Source: Eukaryota sp. TZLM1-RC (Eukaryota > Protista > Metamonada: BaSk clade). Taken from it: a stretch of DNA of 64,000 nucleotides. The stretch covers positions 190,337 through 254,336 of the forward strand of contig JAUPSS010000014.1 in the NCBI GenBank assembly GCA_040285825.1. The letters run 5' to 3'. Below, piece after piece: positions 11,609 through 23,230 of the stretch. Made by a program: the position numbers and the translations under genes. Each line of letters opens with the position of its first letter. Within the stretch, counting starts at the first letter, position 1. The notes beneath the pieces were generated by a model that had not been told where the DNA came from, did no database searches, and saw only the letters and a program-made list of their open reading frames with translations.

Positions 11609-14481
11609 AACCCATAAATAATGCTCCACAAATTGTTGCAAAACCAGTTTGCAACCGATTAAAGCACAAAACTTGCAACACTTGTGGTATTTCTTTTAGA
11701 AAAAATGCAAAAGGAAAAACTTCTGACCGCTGCTTGAAATGCCGCATAGTTGATAACTACCATCCTCCTATAAGAATACCTCAAGAAATTCATCCGACCA
11801 AATGCAATGAATTTGCTTTCGTTTTTCAAAGATTTTTGGATCAATTATGTAAAGGAAAGTATGCTATCAATATTATTTGGGAATTTTTTGGTTCTTTTTG
11901 TCCTCCTTTTGAACAAAATTTCGTTAATATTTCCGAAGATTTAACTAATATAGCACCGAGAAATCAGTCATCCGAGAAATTAAGTAAAATTTTTGAAGAC
12001 AAATGCTTTGACAACAAATGGTCCAAGGCTTTGTCAGCTTTAAGTCCCGGAGTTAAAGCACCGAACAATGAAAATACAATAGATAAACTGAAAATTCTTC
12101 ATCCTTATGAAAACCCTATAATGGATCAAAATTTTTACGGCACATACTGGGAAAATTATCCATTGATGCCATCAGAAGTTTTTTCGGTTATCAAAAAGAG
12201 ACCTCGTGGTAAGTCTGCCGGACTTTCTGGTATTACTATTGATCATGTAAAAGCCGCGATTATTTCTTCAGAAGATTGCCTTGGTTTATTGACTAAATTT
12301 TTCAACCAAATATTATCTGGTCAACGCAAATACCCAGAAGAATTAAGAAGTTCTCGTTTGACTGCACTTGTCAAAAATTCAAAAATGGATGTTCGTCCTA
12401 TTGCAGTCTCTGAGAGCTTACACAATATTTTTTCTGCGTGTTGCTTAAGCAGGTTCAATGAAAAAGCTAAAAAGATTTTATTACCCTTTCAATATGGTAT
12501 AAATACTACAGATGGAGTCTCTTCAGCGATTTTTGCTACTGATGTCTTATTTCGTCAAAATGAATTCAATGTTTGCATGTCATTGGATTTTAGTAATGCT
12601 TTTAATTCACTAAGTCGTCGCAGTATCCATGGTGCTCTATTGCAATATATGCCGGAATTAATACCATATTTTCAATCAACTTATTGCACATATTCTAATT
12701 TACATTTTGGTAACAACATTTTGAGTTCATCAAGTGGCGTAAAGCAAGGAGATCCGTTAGGACCTCTTTTGTTTTGTTTGGCCATCCATCCTATTCTACT
12801 GCAAATTCAAGAGATGTTTCCTTCACTAAAAATGATTGCATATATGGATGATGTTGTGCTTATTGGTGATTTAAATATTGTGAAAAAAGCAACTGTATGT
12901 TTTAAAGAATTATTTACCAAAATTGGTCTCCGACTTAATTTACATAAATGTGTTTTGTTATCGAATTCTCCAGTTTCCACAATAATTGATGATATTGAAA
13001 TTCAAGCCAAATTATATTCAATTGATGCTATTCGTCATTTGGGTTCGTTTTTAGGAAATAATGATGAAATTACCAAAAAATTGTTTGAAAAGTTGAACTC
13101 AATTTCTGACAAAATTGACCGAATGATGAATTTAGATATAAAAAAACACATCAAATTTACCATTATAAGACTGTGTTTTAGTTCCAATTTTAATCATATA
13201 TTTCGATCTACAAATCCTCTCGTCACTAGGCTTTTGGCTCAAAAGTTTAATGAGTTACGTGCAAAAGTTCTGTCTCAATTACTGGGATGTAAAATGTTTC
13301 AAATTCCAGATCATGCTTACCTTAGTCCACATTATGGTGGTTTAGGGTGGACGAAGGCTTCTATTCTTACCTCGTGTGCTTTTGTTGGTGGATGCAGAAA
13401 TGCAATCTTTGAGTTTTCCGAAAGATTTGCAGATTGGGAAGATTTATTGATGACAACGCAAAGTTCCACTGTTTTTGCATTAAATGAAGAAATTTCAAGA
13501 ATTGATGTAGAAAAATGGGGTCGATGTTTTCCCCAATCATTCAATGGCAATATTCCAGAAAAAAATGTTTTAAATTTGAAGTACACTCTTCGAACATTAC
13601 AGAAAAGATTACCTGGAATGTATGAAAACGATCTTTATAATAATATTTGCAGCTCGGCTGTTTTAAATCAAGATCTTCACTCATTGTTATTGGAAAAGGG
13701 TGTTTGTGAAAACAAGGTGTCAGATTCTTCACTTTTTGTAACCATTGTACCACGAAGATTTGGATTGTGTGCCACTAATGAAGCATTTGTAACAAAAATG
13801 AGATTATATTTGAACATCCCCATTAACCAATTATTATCAAAAGAAAAATGTATTTGTTCGAATTCACCTCAACTCACTTTGCGCCATGCTCTAAATTGCT
13901 CTAAATTGATAACTTATCGTTCTTCATTACATGATGCTGTTAGAGACACTGTTTTCAATATGGCACAAACTGCAAGGATATCGTGTATCAAAGAGCCCCT
14001 GCTGAAAGAAACACTTTCTCTGAATAATTTTGGTTCTGATGATAGAGGTGATGTATACTGTGATTGGATTGATAATTCTGAAGCTATTGTTGACTTTGTC
14101 TCATGTAATGTTGCAAACGATACTTTGGTTCACAGAAGAAAACTTAATCCTGTGGCTGCTCTGGATTTTAAAGCAAAAGAAAAACATAGAAAATATGATA
14201 AAAAAATTGAAGATGCAAATGTCGATAGAAATACACAGCTGGTTTTTATTGCTTTCCCATTTTCGATAAATGGAAGATTATCAGTGGAAGCAGAAACTTT
14301 TTTGGATGACTTCCAAAAAATGGTGAAAGAAAAAACAATGAAAAGATTTGATATTTTTTTATGGCGTTCACGGATTCAATTTGCCGTTATTAATAGATTA
14401 CCGCGGTTTTTCAATCGAATTAGAGAAGCTTTAGCTAGACAGCAAGCAAATCAAGATTTTGTAGAGGAAATCTTGGTTTAA
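11572..14481 (+). CDS. Retrotransposon ORF2: CxxC-CxxC finger, reverse transcriptase, Cys/His zinc finger, restriction-like endonuclease
   Basis: Frame open from 11572; first ATG at 12121. Motifs KSAGLSG, VRPIAV, QYG, LDFSNAFNS, GVKQGDPLGP, YMDD, GGLG, CIC..HALNC, LHDAVRD, RGD..VD and KEKHRKY. Confidence 0.93.
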   Translation, partial: KEKFIRRKESKVEPINNAPQIVAKPVCNRLKHKTCNTCGISFRKNAKGKTSDRCLKCRIVDNYHPPIRIPQEIHPTKCNEFAFVFQRFLDQLCKGKYAINIIWEFFGSFCPPFEQNFVNISEDLTNIAPRNQSSEKLSKIFEDKCFDNKWSKALSALSPGVKAPNNENTIDKLKILHPYENPIMDQNFYGTYWENYPLMPSEVFSVIKKRPRGKSAGLSGITIDHVKAAIISSEDCLGLLTKFFNQILSGQRKYPEELRSSRLTALVKNSKMDVRPIAVSESLHNIFSACCLSRFNEKAKKILLPFQYGINTTDGVSSAIFATDVLFRQNEFNVCMSLDFSNAFNSLSRRSIHGALLQYMPELIPYFQSTYCTYSNLHFGNNILSSSSGVKQGDPLGPLLFCLAIHPILLQIQEMFPSLKMIAYMDDVVLIGDLNIVKKATVCFKELFTKIGLRLNLHKCVLLSNSPVSTIIDDIEIQAKLYSIDAIRHLGSFLGNNDEITKKLFEKLNSISDKIDRMMNLDIKKHIKFTIIRLCFSSNFNHIFRSTNPLVTRLLAQKFNELRAKVLSQLLGCKMFQIPDHAYLSPHYGGLGWTKASILTSCAFVGGCRNAIFEFSERFADWEDLLMTTQSSTVFALNEEISRIDVEKWGRCFPQSFNGNIPEKNVLNLKYTLRTLQKRLPGMYENDLYNNICSSAVLNQDLHSLLLEKGVCENKVSDSSLFVTIVPRRFGLCATNEAFVTKMRLYLNIPINQLLSKEKCICSNSPQLTLRHALNCSKLITYRSSLHDAVRDTVFNMAQTARISCIKEPLLKETLSLNNFGSDDRGDVYCDWIDNSEAIVDFVSCNVANDTLVHRRKLNPVAALDFKAKEKHRKYDKKIEDANVDRNTQLVFIAFPFSINGRLSVEAETFLDDFQKMVKEKTMKRFDIFLWRSRIQFAVINRLPRFFNRIREALARQQANQDFVEEILV

Positions 14482-14777
14482 TGATAGTCGTCCCATTAGT
14501 TATGATTTAATTTAATCAAGTGTGCAAATTCAATAAATAAAACTTTTATCTGATAAATAAATATAAATAACTCAAAAAAGATGAAGACTTTTCATAAAGG
14601 TTTGTACACATAGATATCAAAAATCTACAGACGCAGTTCCCATACCTAATAATCAGCAACAAATAGTTGCAACATCCAAAATACTAAACGTCCTTCCTGA
14701 TCCTGCTGTCATAACTAAGTATCAAGGAACAAGCGGTTTGTAAGAGATTAATGTGGTGTCGTATAATAAGAGATGCG

Positions 14778-14849
14778 TGGAGATGCAGGGTTTCGATCCC
14801 CGGACTTCGATATTGCGAACATCGCGCTCTACCACTGAGCTACACCCCC
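14778..14849 (-). tRNA. tRNA-Ala(CGC)
   Basis: GGGGGTGTAGCTCAGTGGTAGAGCG CGATG TTCGCAA TATCG AAGTC CGGGG ATCGAAA CCCTG CATCTCC A folds into a cloverleaf with a G3:U70 pair and discriminator A73. Confidence 0.95.
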
Positions 14850-14882
14850 TACCGTATATTGGTTAGAATTGGTTCAAAAAAT

Positions 14883-14934
14883 AGTGGGAATTTTGGGAAT
14901 TTTTTGAAAAATTCCCAATTTAAAAATTCCCACT
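14883..14934. repeat. Nested inverted repeat upstream of the tRNA
   Basis: Outer pair AGTGGGAATTTT / AAAATTCCCACT; inner pair TTGGGAATTTTT / AAAAATTCCCAA. Confidence 0.8.
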
Positions 14935-15030
14935 TATTTTTAAACAGTGTTTACACGTGTGCACTTTTTGGTAACACGTGTCAAATTTTAAAGACAAACA
15001 TTTATAAGCAAAATTTAAACCAAACTACAA

Positions 15031-16405
15031 TCATTCATACTCTGACTCAATATCAGACAAATCTGATCTGATTTCTATGATATCACCTGCTTCATATTCT
15101 AGACAAGTGGAGATGTTTTTAACGACCTTTTCCCATCCTGACGCGATCCATTGAGACGCATTTGTTTCAACGAAACGAAAAGCAGTCATGATCCATCTTC
15201 CCAAATGGTGATTCAAAGCTCCTTTGGTCAACTTCATCTTGATGCATTCTGCAGGTACTCCCTTTGACAATGCATCTTGAACGTGTTCAGCACAATAATC
15301 TGCGAAACTGTCCTTTAAATTGGCCTTAAATTCTTTGTTTATAGAAATGTCAAGGACACAAAAGAGATCGGTTGATCTTTCAGGAATCATAATAGGATCA
15401 ATATTTAGCTCCTGGCAAACTTGGACAGCGTTTTCACATTTATGAGAATGGTGGTGATCCCAAATCATCAAAGCACGTTCGCCCATTGGTACTTCTGCAA
15501 GTTCAAACCCTTCCTAAAGTTCAGCTCTGACTCGTTTCAAATAATTCCCTACTACATATCTCAAATATTCGACAATACTATGTCCATTTTGCCACTTTGT
15601 AACAGCAGCTTTTGATACACCCTCACTTTTTGGTGATAAAGAGTGAATTACTTCACTGGGCCATTCATAATTTGGAACACTGACTTGTGTTTTACCTTCC
15701 CAAATCAATTGTAATGGCAGCAAATCTCCAGCTTTCGAAATTGTAAGTGTTGCTGTGTTGCCTCTTTTATCACCTAATCCTTGAATAGTGATTTTTTTCT
15801 GATTTTTTGGAGCATAAGTTTTTCCCTTTACTGGAATCCAGGGTACCATGGTTTCGTCCATCATCAGTACTAGGCGCGGGTGATAGTCTTCTGCTGCATC
15901 CATAATTGCACTCATTTCTACGGCTGCATGTTTGGCTTCAACAGGAGTCAATTTTCTGGCAGTGGTAGGCTTTCTATTACTCCATTGCATATGATTTTTC
16001 AAAAATGAATACGCCCAGCAGGGGGTAAATTCAATTGATCCGCCATTACATTTCAATAAATTACCATATCCAGAGCTAATCATCAATTTTTTGGCTGTAG
16101 AGGCAACAATCAATGGGGTTATTATTGTACTGGCCTTTTCCATAGCTGTAATTAAATTCACCAACTTTTTCTGCATGTCTGTACCAAAATGGCGTTCCAT
16201 AGGCCAAGGATTATATGAAGACTTGGCCTTGTCAATGTTGGTGAGGTTGCAGGGTGATTGTAGCACGTCTTTCGCCGTTAAACGATCCTCAGGTGGAAGA
16301 CAAAAGACAAAAGAAGCGACCCTCATCAAACATTTTTCAAACACAGAATATAGATAAGCTGAGAAGTAAGAGAACAGAAGTCAAAATACAACAAGATACG
16401 CCCAT
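15031..16405 (-). pseudogene. pogo/Tigger-like DD35D transposase (CENP-B-type HTH plus DDE_1) with one in-frame TAG
   Basis: WAYSFL..RKPT, MDET, WDHHHSH and LDISIN (35 residues between D2 and D3). The two ORFs are in the same frame, separated by TAG at 15514-15516. A predicted 31-nt intron at 16359-16389 links an ATG at 16405. Confidence 0.82.
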
Positions 16406-16566
16406 TTATTCAAATTGAGGTGTAATAATCTTAAACTAACATTTGATTATCAAAACGTTCCCAAAATGACGATGATAATTCCACATGTCAAAACCGTAAA
16501 AAAATATTAACAATCAATTGATTGTTCTTGTACACCTCTATAGAAACAAAAAACAAAAAAATTCAA

Positions 16567-19008
16567 CTAAACACAACAAGGTCCACAAGACCTGCCAAAA
16601 GGACTTCTGCTCCAAGCAAGTCTGTAAGAGTTGATCACAACAACTAGGGTAGCTATCAGGTCAAAAACCATTACACTAACCAAAGTGCCTCCTTTAAGAG
16701 CAACCATCCCAAGCTTGACAATTTTGAAAATAATTGAGCCATAGACGTTGAAGCGCATTATCTAGGATAAACAATGTAAAAGAAAACAAACATTTACAGT
16801 TCTTTTGCATAAATGTAAGAACCAAGGCAAAACTTTCAATTTGTCATAAGTCAAGGTGACATCACCAGCAAACTTTGCAACGTCAGTACCACTATTCATT
16901 GCAACTCCAAGATCACTTTGAACTAGGAGAGCTGAATCAAAGACACAATCACCCAGAGTGGCCACTCGACCTACTTCATTACGGATTTGGTTCATTTTGG
17001 CAAGTTTCTGATCAACAGACAGTTCTCCATACCAAGTTGAAATGTTGAGTGCTTTTGATACCTTTTCCACATCAGAAGAAGTATCAGCAGAGAGAATAAA
17101 AGTCTTGTAATGATTTCTATGCAGTTCTCGGACTGTTGAGAAGGCATCTTCCCTTATAGCATCATACAAACCTATGATTCCTATAGGTTTGTCATCGATT
17201 CCAACAATAACGCAAGAGATCTCATCCCTACCGAAATCTTTGGCTATGGACACCACTTTGGCATGTTCAGTGGGGTAAAGGTTTGTATCTACCATGGAAC
17301 GAGCAATAGGAAGTCCACCACTCCAAAAGTGTTTTCCCTGCAACCCTTCAAATTTAGGATTCGTGCTGACATCAAGCTGTCCTGAGCATCCTATTGAGTC
17401 AATGTCAGCATCAAGAAGTTTGAAGAGATCCAACCCACGGCGCTGAGCTTCTGACACGAGTGAAGTAGCAAACTTATGCTTTGATTGTGATTCAATAGAA
17501 GCACTTAATTGAAGGATGTCGTTTGGAGAGAAATCATCACAAAAGGATGCAACATGTTCAACACGGAGACTATTTTGAGAGGTAAGTGAACCATTCTTGT
17601 CAAATATCACACCCTTGACCAAAGCTCCTGTCTCAAAGGTTCTACCCGAGTTGATGAGCACTCCATTGAGTGAAGCAACAGAAGTAGCAGAATAAACAGC
17701 TAGAGGGACCGAGAGCACTATACTCCAAGGACAAGCTACAATAATGATAAGCAAACCCCTCATGATAGACTCCCTGAAAGAAAGATCCATAAAAGGTATA
17801 TGAAACAGTGCTGGAACAACAGCTACCACAACTCCCAACGCAAACACAAAAGGTGTATATTTCTTGGCAAAGTGGTAAAGCCAAGCGCCCCTTGTCGATC
17901 TCTGTTCACTGTGATCAATGACAAAATGAATTAGCTTACTGAGAGTGGCCTCTGAACTCATTGATGTTACCCGCACTTTGATCTCAGAGTCCACGTTCAG
18001 AGTACCACCAATAACTTCGTCATTAACACTTTTACGATAAAGAGTAGCGTCACCTGATAGAATTGCTTCATTTACTGATGTTTCGCCCTCAATTATGACC
18101 CCATCAACTGGTATAACATCCCCAGGATATACTAACACCACAGCTCCTTTAGAAAGACATCCCACAGGAACCTCGATGGGATCATCATCTGAATAAGAAT
18201 TATTAATCAAAACTTCGACTTCTTCCTCCTTGTCCTCGTCAGATTCCGGCACTTCTGGTATCTTTGTTAGAGAAGAACGTCGATGAAGGGCCCGTAGATC
18301 AGTTGTTGAAGCCCTTCGAAGTTCAAATGATTGATTGGGACGAGAGTTGAATTTCTCAAACTTTATCCTACTTAGACTTTTTGGTAGAGGCACCAACTCA
18401 CCTACTAAATGAGCATTTTTTGGTAATAAATCAAGAAGCTTTGTGACTCTAGATCTAGTACGGTGTATGGAAATTTCTTCCAAAACTAAGGAAAAACTAA
18501 AAACTAGTGCAGTTAATGTGCTATCTAAATACTCTTCAAGGGCAAGGGCTCCAACAACAGCAGCTGTAACTAATGTATTGAGGTCCATCCGCAGGTGCAG
18601 CGCGGAATCAAGTAATTCTTTGCTGAAGGAAATAATGGAAAAAGTAAGTGATATGAGATAACTAACAATGACTAAAAAATGGGCTCCTTTAGAGTGCTCT
18701 AATGCTTCAGCAAACGAGCGAAGTACAAAAGCATCAATAAAGAAAGGAATAATGGCAAACAGTACAGCTGGTGGTCTACTGCGTCTGAATACCTTCTTAC
18801 ATAAGCTGTGAAGTTCTGAAGGGTCGGACACCACAAGTTCAAAGCCAGCACTTTTGACAAGCTCTTGTAGAATGTCTAGTTCTATTTTGACATGTACATC
18901 AAGAGTACTTTTTTCAGTATTTAGAGAAAAGCCTTTCTCCCCAAGTATGGGGGTAAGAACTTGGTTAAGAACAGGAAGGTCAGTGTCACCACATAGTTGG
19001 AAGTGCAT
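16567..19008 (-). CDS. P1B-type (heavy-metal) ATPase-like protein with non-canonical catalytic motifs; join(16792-19008, 16567-16761)
   Basis: GDVIPVDG, GGTLN, IVACPW, FDKNGSLT, GDCVFD, SGTDVA and final TM helices. 30-nt intron at 16762-16791 (GTTTG..CTAG). Confidence 0.9.
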
Positions 19009-19199
19009 TGAAAGTGCAGGATGTTATCAATCCTTCCAGTTGAAAATGGCTTGCAATTGGTAATTTGAATTAACATTTCTATAAACAAATAAAATTAATA
19101 TTTTCTACGTTATTACAAAACAAAACAAAACAAACTAAAACACATAAGAAACCTTTGTATAATATTTATTTGTTAAACAATTTATAAAACAACATCTAA

Positions 19200-20560
19200 A
19201 TAATCCATCCCTCCCAAAACAAAACAACGAGATGCAACTCTCTCATAATGATATCCAAGAAAAACCAAAGCATCAGAAACCATCTTCAACATCACCTTAA
19301 AAATAGAAAACACAATTTTAGTTTGCCAAAACAATCTGTTGAAATTTGTGTGTTCTTTTCTTTACAATCATTTCAAAATCTACCTAAAAACGTATAGCCG
19401 TCGGAGCAAGTGAACCACAATTTGGACAAAGGTTCACTTGATTTTCTGATTTGGAAATTTTCAACGTTTGGAAGAGAATTCTGAAGTTGAGACTTAACTA
19501 ACCTTCCATTTAAAATAATACTTACCTCTATTATTTTTATGTTCATCTTCAGCATCAAACAGATTTGACAACAGAGGTTCCAAAAAGGATTCAATTCTAT
19601 GAGACTTACACATACAATATAACTGGTCTCTTACAGCATCATGAACCTTGCTTCTTAAAGTAATAAAATGTTTACAATTTAACAAATGGGTAATTGTAAT
19701 TTCTCGAAACTTTTACAAATTAAATTATGAGGTAAATTATCAGGCCAGATAAAGGAACGAAATCTCATATTCAGAGTCCAAGCAGAATCGGTTAAGAGAG
19801 TACCATAAACTTGGGGAATTGTTCTTACTAAGGCAGAAGAAGTACTATCACACATATCTTGTAAAAGATTTGCAAAAGGGGGATTCTTTTTCTTGGCCAA
19901 GCCAAGTCTAACATCAAAATCCAAAAATTCAAAAATCTTTGACAATTTTTGTTGAAGCTTTTTACAGCAAAACTGCAAATAATAGAGGGATCGGTTTGAA
20001 ATTTCTTGAATTGATTGAGGAAAACACTTGGTCGAGATTTGTGGTGTCAATCTATCGAACTCGCAAGTTAACTCATTCAAAAATGGACTGCAACTGGGAA
20101 CTCACAAATGAGAATCTTCAGGGAATCTACCAGAAAATTCATAAATAAAATTCTTGCCTCCACCCACAAATGCTAATTGGCACAAAAAATAAGATTTAGT
20201 AAATCAAACACCACCAAATTTTGCTGCAGAAAATAAGAGATTTTTCAACATTCCTGGTTCTGCATCCAATAAATCAGCAAAAAAATCCCTTCTCAATGAA
20301 TTAAAGGAACGACAAAAATCTTATGCGATCTCAGGAGCACAAGATCTCAAAATGTGGGTTATTCTTCCAGTGTAGCAAATTTTAAACATGAAAAATTAAA
20401 AAGTTATTCTAAATCTAAGGACATAATTGAATCAAATTGAATCAAGTTCAATTTTCATTTTTTCCAAAATAGCATGTAATTCATTCTGAATTTGAGGCAC
20501 ATTTCCCAACATGCAACCAAAAAATTTGGAGCTGGTTTTTAAAATGATAACGACCTTCCA
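19200..20560 (-). mobile_element. Degenerate non-LTR retrotransposon, 3' half
   Basis: FGGV, YGTLLTDSAW..MRFR, LNCKHF..SKVHDAVRD and FWQ motifs; homologous to 39157-39747. Confidence 0.85.
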
Positions 20561-21744
20561 ATGAGTATAAGTATTGAAATTAACGAACAATCTTGTTTAA
20601 TGAAGGTGTAAAAGTTCAGGTTTAGAATTTACTAGACAAGTAAACCCACATCCTGAGGTCAGTGTAGTGGTTATAATAATAAGATGTTATTCATGATTTT
20701 TGAGTTTACTAGTCAATGTTATACACTTGATAAATATTGGAAGATAGTCTCTAGAACATATTGCAATGACATTTTTAACTGAATACCCCAAAAAAATTTG
20801 AACCAAAAAAGGAGCGACGAAGTCACACTGTGTCATTTATTTACCTTGTAGATATATACACAAGTTTTGGTATGAAATTAGCTTACTTCAATCCACATTT
20901 GCCATGTAGTTGAAACAAATAAAAATCATTCTCCTGGAACCAGTTCAAACAATTGAACTTTGTTGGAATCTATGGCCTCAACTTGCACATCGTTAGATTT
21001 AGAAGAACAGTTAATTATAAAATGTGTTGAGGAGACCAAGATTATTCTAAAACAAGGTTAGTAAATACGAAATATACATGATTACCTTTTTTTTCATTTC
21101 CGCGTTGAAGCAACAACATTTATCCTTCATCCTTTGAATCTTTTGATAACAGATTGTTTTAAAAGGTCTTGTTCCAACAACGTCTACTTTATTTCCTGCT
21201 TCATCAATCAATCAAAGTATATTCATATCTCCCTTAGTTCATTCATATTCAAACGCTCAGCATTCTGGTGGATGTAAGCTTGGTCTCAATAGAAGAATAT
21301 GGCAATGTTTCGATCAACAATGGATTATTCGGACCAATTACGCTCAGCACTCGAAGATCAAAATTGGTTTTTGGTATTGAAACTTTTAATGTTAATCTAT
21401 ACAATTAAATTTAAATCAACCTAATTCTTTTGAGATTCGATTTTTCATAATAATACTGTGAGGAATAAAATAATTCTGTTTCATTTCTATTCACCCCTTT
21501 GCATTTTTCAAAAAGTGCATCACAGATTTGATGGCGTTTGTCCTTTTCACATATTATCATTGGCTGCTTGTTTATAATTTAAAAACGCTTTCCTATAATT
21601 TCTCTCAACCACCTTGCCATATTGATAAGCAATTGCTAATTGATAGGCAGAATCGCTGGAATTTCAACTTCTTTCCCATGTCGTACACATTTAGTCCAAT
21701 ACTTTACTGCCAGTGTCATATTGTTATTTCTTTTGTAATATTGA

Positions 21745-22783
21745 CCTACTTGGTTTTGTGCACGCAAAGTCCGTCCCTCACTTCTCTCAATCCCACGGTA
21801 TAGTCAAACGCCGTCACCGCGACATTTTGCAAAATTTGAGGAAGCTGCTCGCAGACTTTAACTCCTACAACGCATGGTCAGAGTACATCGCTTATGTACA
21901 ATTGTGAATCAACTCTCATTCAAGAGTTCAATAACAAGTTACTCACCCTACGAGCTTATGTTTGGTTCAGATTTTAGCCCCAGAGCTGACCCCGGCAAAA
22001 TCTTAGAGACCCTTGAAAGCTCAACGTCTGGCTCAACCTACATCAACGACATTCAATCCAAATTCGCTAGATTGAAGAAGAAACAGGAGGAAGCAGAGCT
22101 TCGTCAAGCTTCCAAAACTTCTCCTCGTGAGCCCCCAAATCGAAGCCAACCCCTTTTCCCCTGGCCAATTGGTCACACGAACTTTGTCTTCCACTGCTAA
22201 GCTACATGGTAACTATAAAGGACCATTTTTAGTAGTTAACACTCTTTCTACCAGCACAGCTGACATTAAGACCCCGTGTACTGGTATGGTTGTCAAAGCC
22301 AGTGTGAAGCATCTTCAACCTTGGCATTTCAGTTTACCGGCAGATGATAAATTTCACACCTGCGTTGCTGCTGGTGAAGCAGAAGAGCCCGTGATTCAGA
22401 AAGTCGTCAGTCAGGATGGTGATCACTGCCAAGTCCAATGACCTGGAAATCATATTACCACTGAGCTGGTTTCGACTGTTCAGAACACCTCTGCTTACAA
22501 AGAATTCTCCAAGTCTGTATCTAATACTCGCCTCGCCTTTCTCGCCGTAAATGTCGTTCTGATAATATTAACATTAATCCTACACCTATCATGCCTCGAC
22601 GACGCTCGAAAAAGAGAAAGGGCACTGTAAGCTCTGGATAATATTTGTATTAATAATTTATTTATAGTTTATTGTACAAATGCGCTCATGCGCTTAAGTC
22701 GAGGGAAATCCTGTTCCACTCGTAATAAATCCCATCACATTTCTCATAAATACATGTCCAGTCGTAACCCGCGCAGATCATCA
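21745..22783 (+). mobile_element. Ty3/gypsy 3' relic (integrase C-terminus, chromodomain-like tail, PPT, 3' LTR 22626-22783)
   Basis: Collinear and highly similar to 37800-38995; LTR runs TGTAAG...GCAGATCATCA. Confidence 0.9.
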
Positions 22784-23230
22784 AATATTCAAAGCTTCTT
22801 GATGACGACATTCAGCAGCCTTTTGAGCCCATTGAAAATTCTTGTGTAAATTGCGACGATCTGTTGGTCAACGTGTTTAAGAATTTTTGAGAGTTCTATT
22901 TGTGCAAAAATAATGCCAGAATTAGCTTGTGAAGATACTAGATCATCATCAGATGATGATTTCACTAGCGATGATATTCATTGTGTAGGCATAAAACATG
23001 GAATGTGACAACAAATTAGCATTGGTAGGTTTCTTTTTATTCGAAGTACTTAGATTAAATTTAAAACTAAAAAAAATAATTGTGGCTTTCAATTCTGAAA
23101 GGTCACTGTTTATTTTATATTATTTGGCCTTGTTCTCACTTACAAGGTGTTGAATTTATAAATGAAATGCATCTGAATGGTACCTTCAGAATATATATGA
23201 ACATCTTTTAATACTAAAATGTTTCAGAAG

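Larger units (their letters stand above)
11206..14546 (+). mobile_element. Complete 3.34-kb RLE-type (CRE-like) non-LTR retrotransposon
   Basis: 11-bp TSD TATCTGATAAA (11195-11205, 14547-14557). Intact RT, zinc finger and restriction-like endonuclease ORF. Short 3' UTR with AATAAA. Confidence 0.93.

Noticed and set aside
14546-14778. tRNA-targeted insertion of the complete retrotransposon
   Set aside because: Only one of four family copies is near a tRNA, and its TSD lies in an older element's tail.
14787-14800. T-loop ATCGAAA instead of TTCGA as a defect
   Set aside because: A54 is known in eukaryotic tRNA-Ala, and the stems and G3:U70 pair are intact.
15514-15516. In-frame TAG as stop-codon reassignment
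   Set aside because: TAG ends the ATPase, permease and other genes here, and long host ORFs have no internal stops. No 28-32-nt intron removes it either.
21745-22625. RT-less integrases as Ginger-type DNA transposons
   Set aside because: PPTs, LTRs, a 4-bp TSD and an RNase H remnant in the 35095-38995 relative show they are deleted Ty3/gypsy elements.
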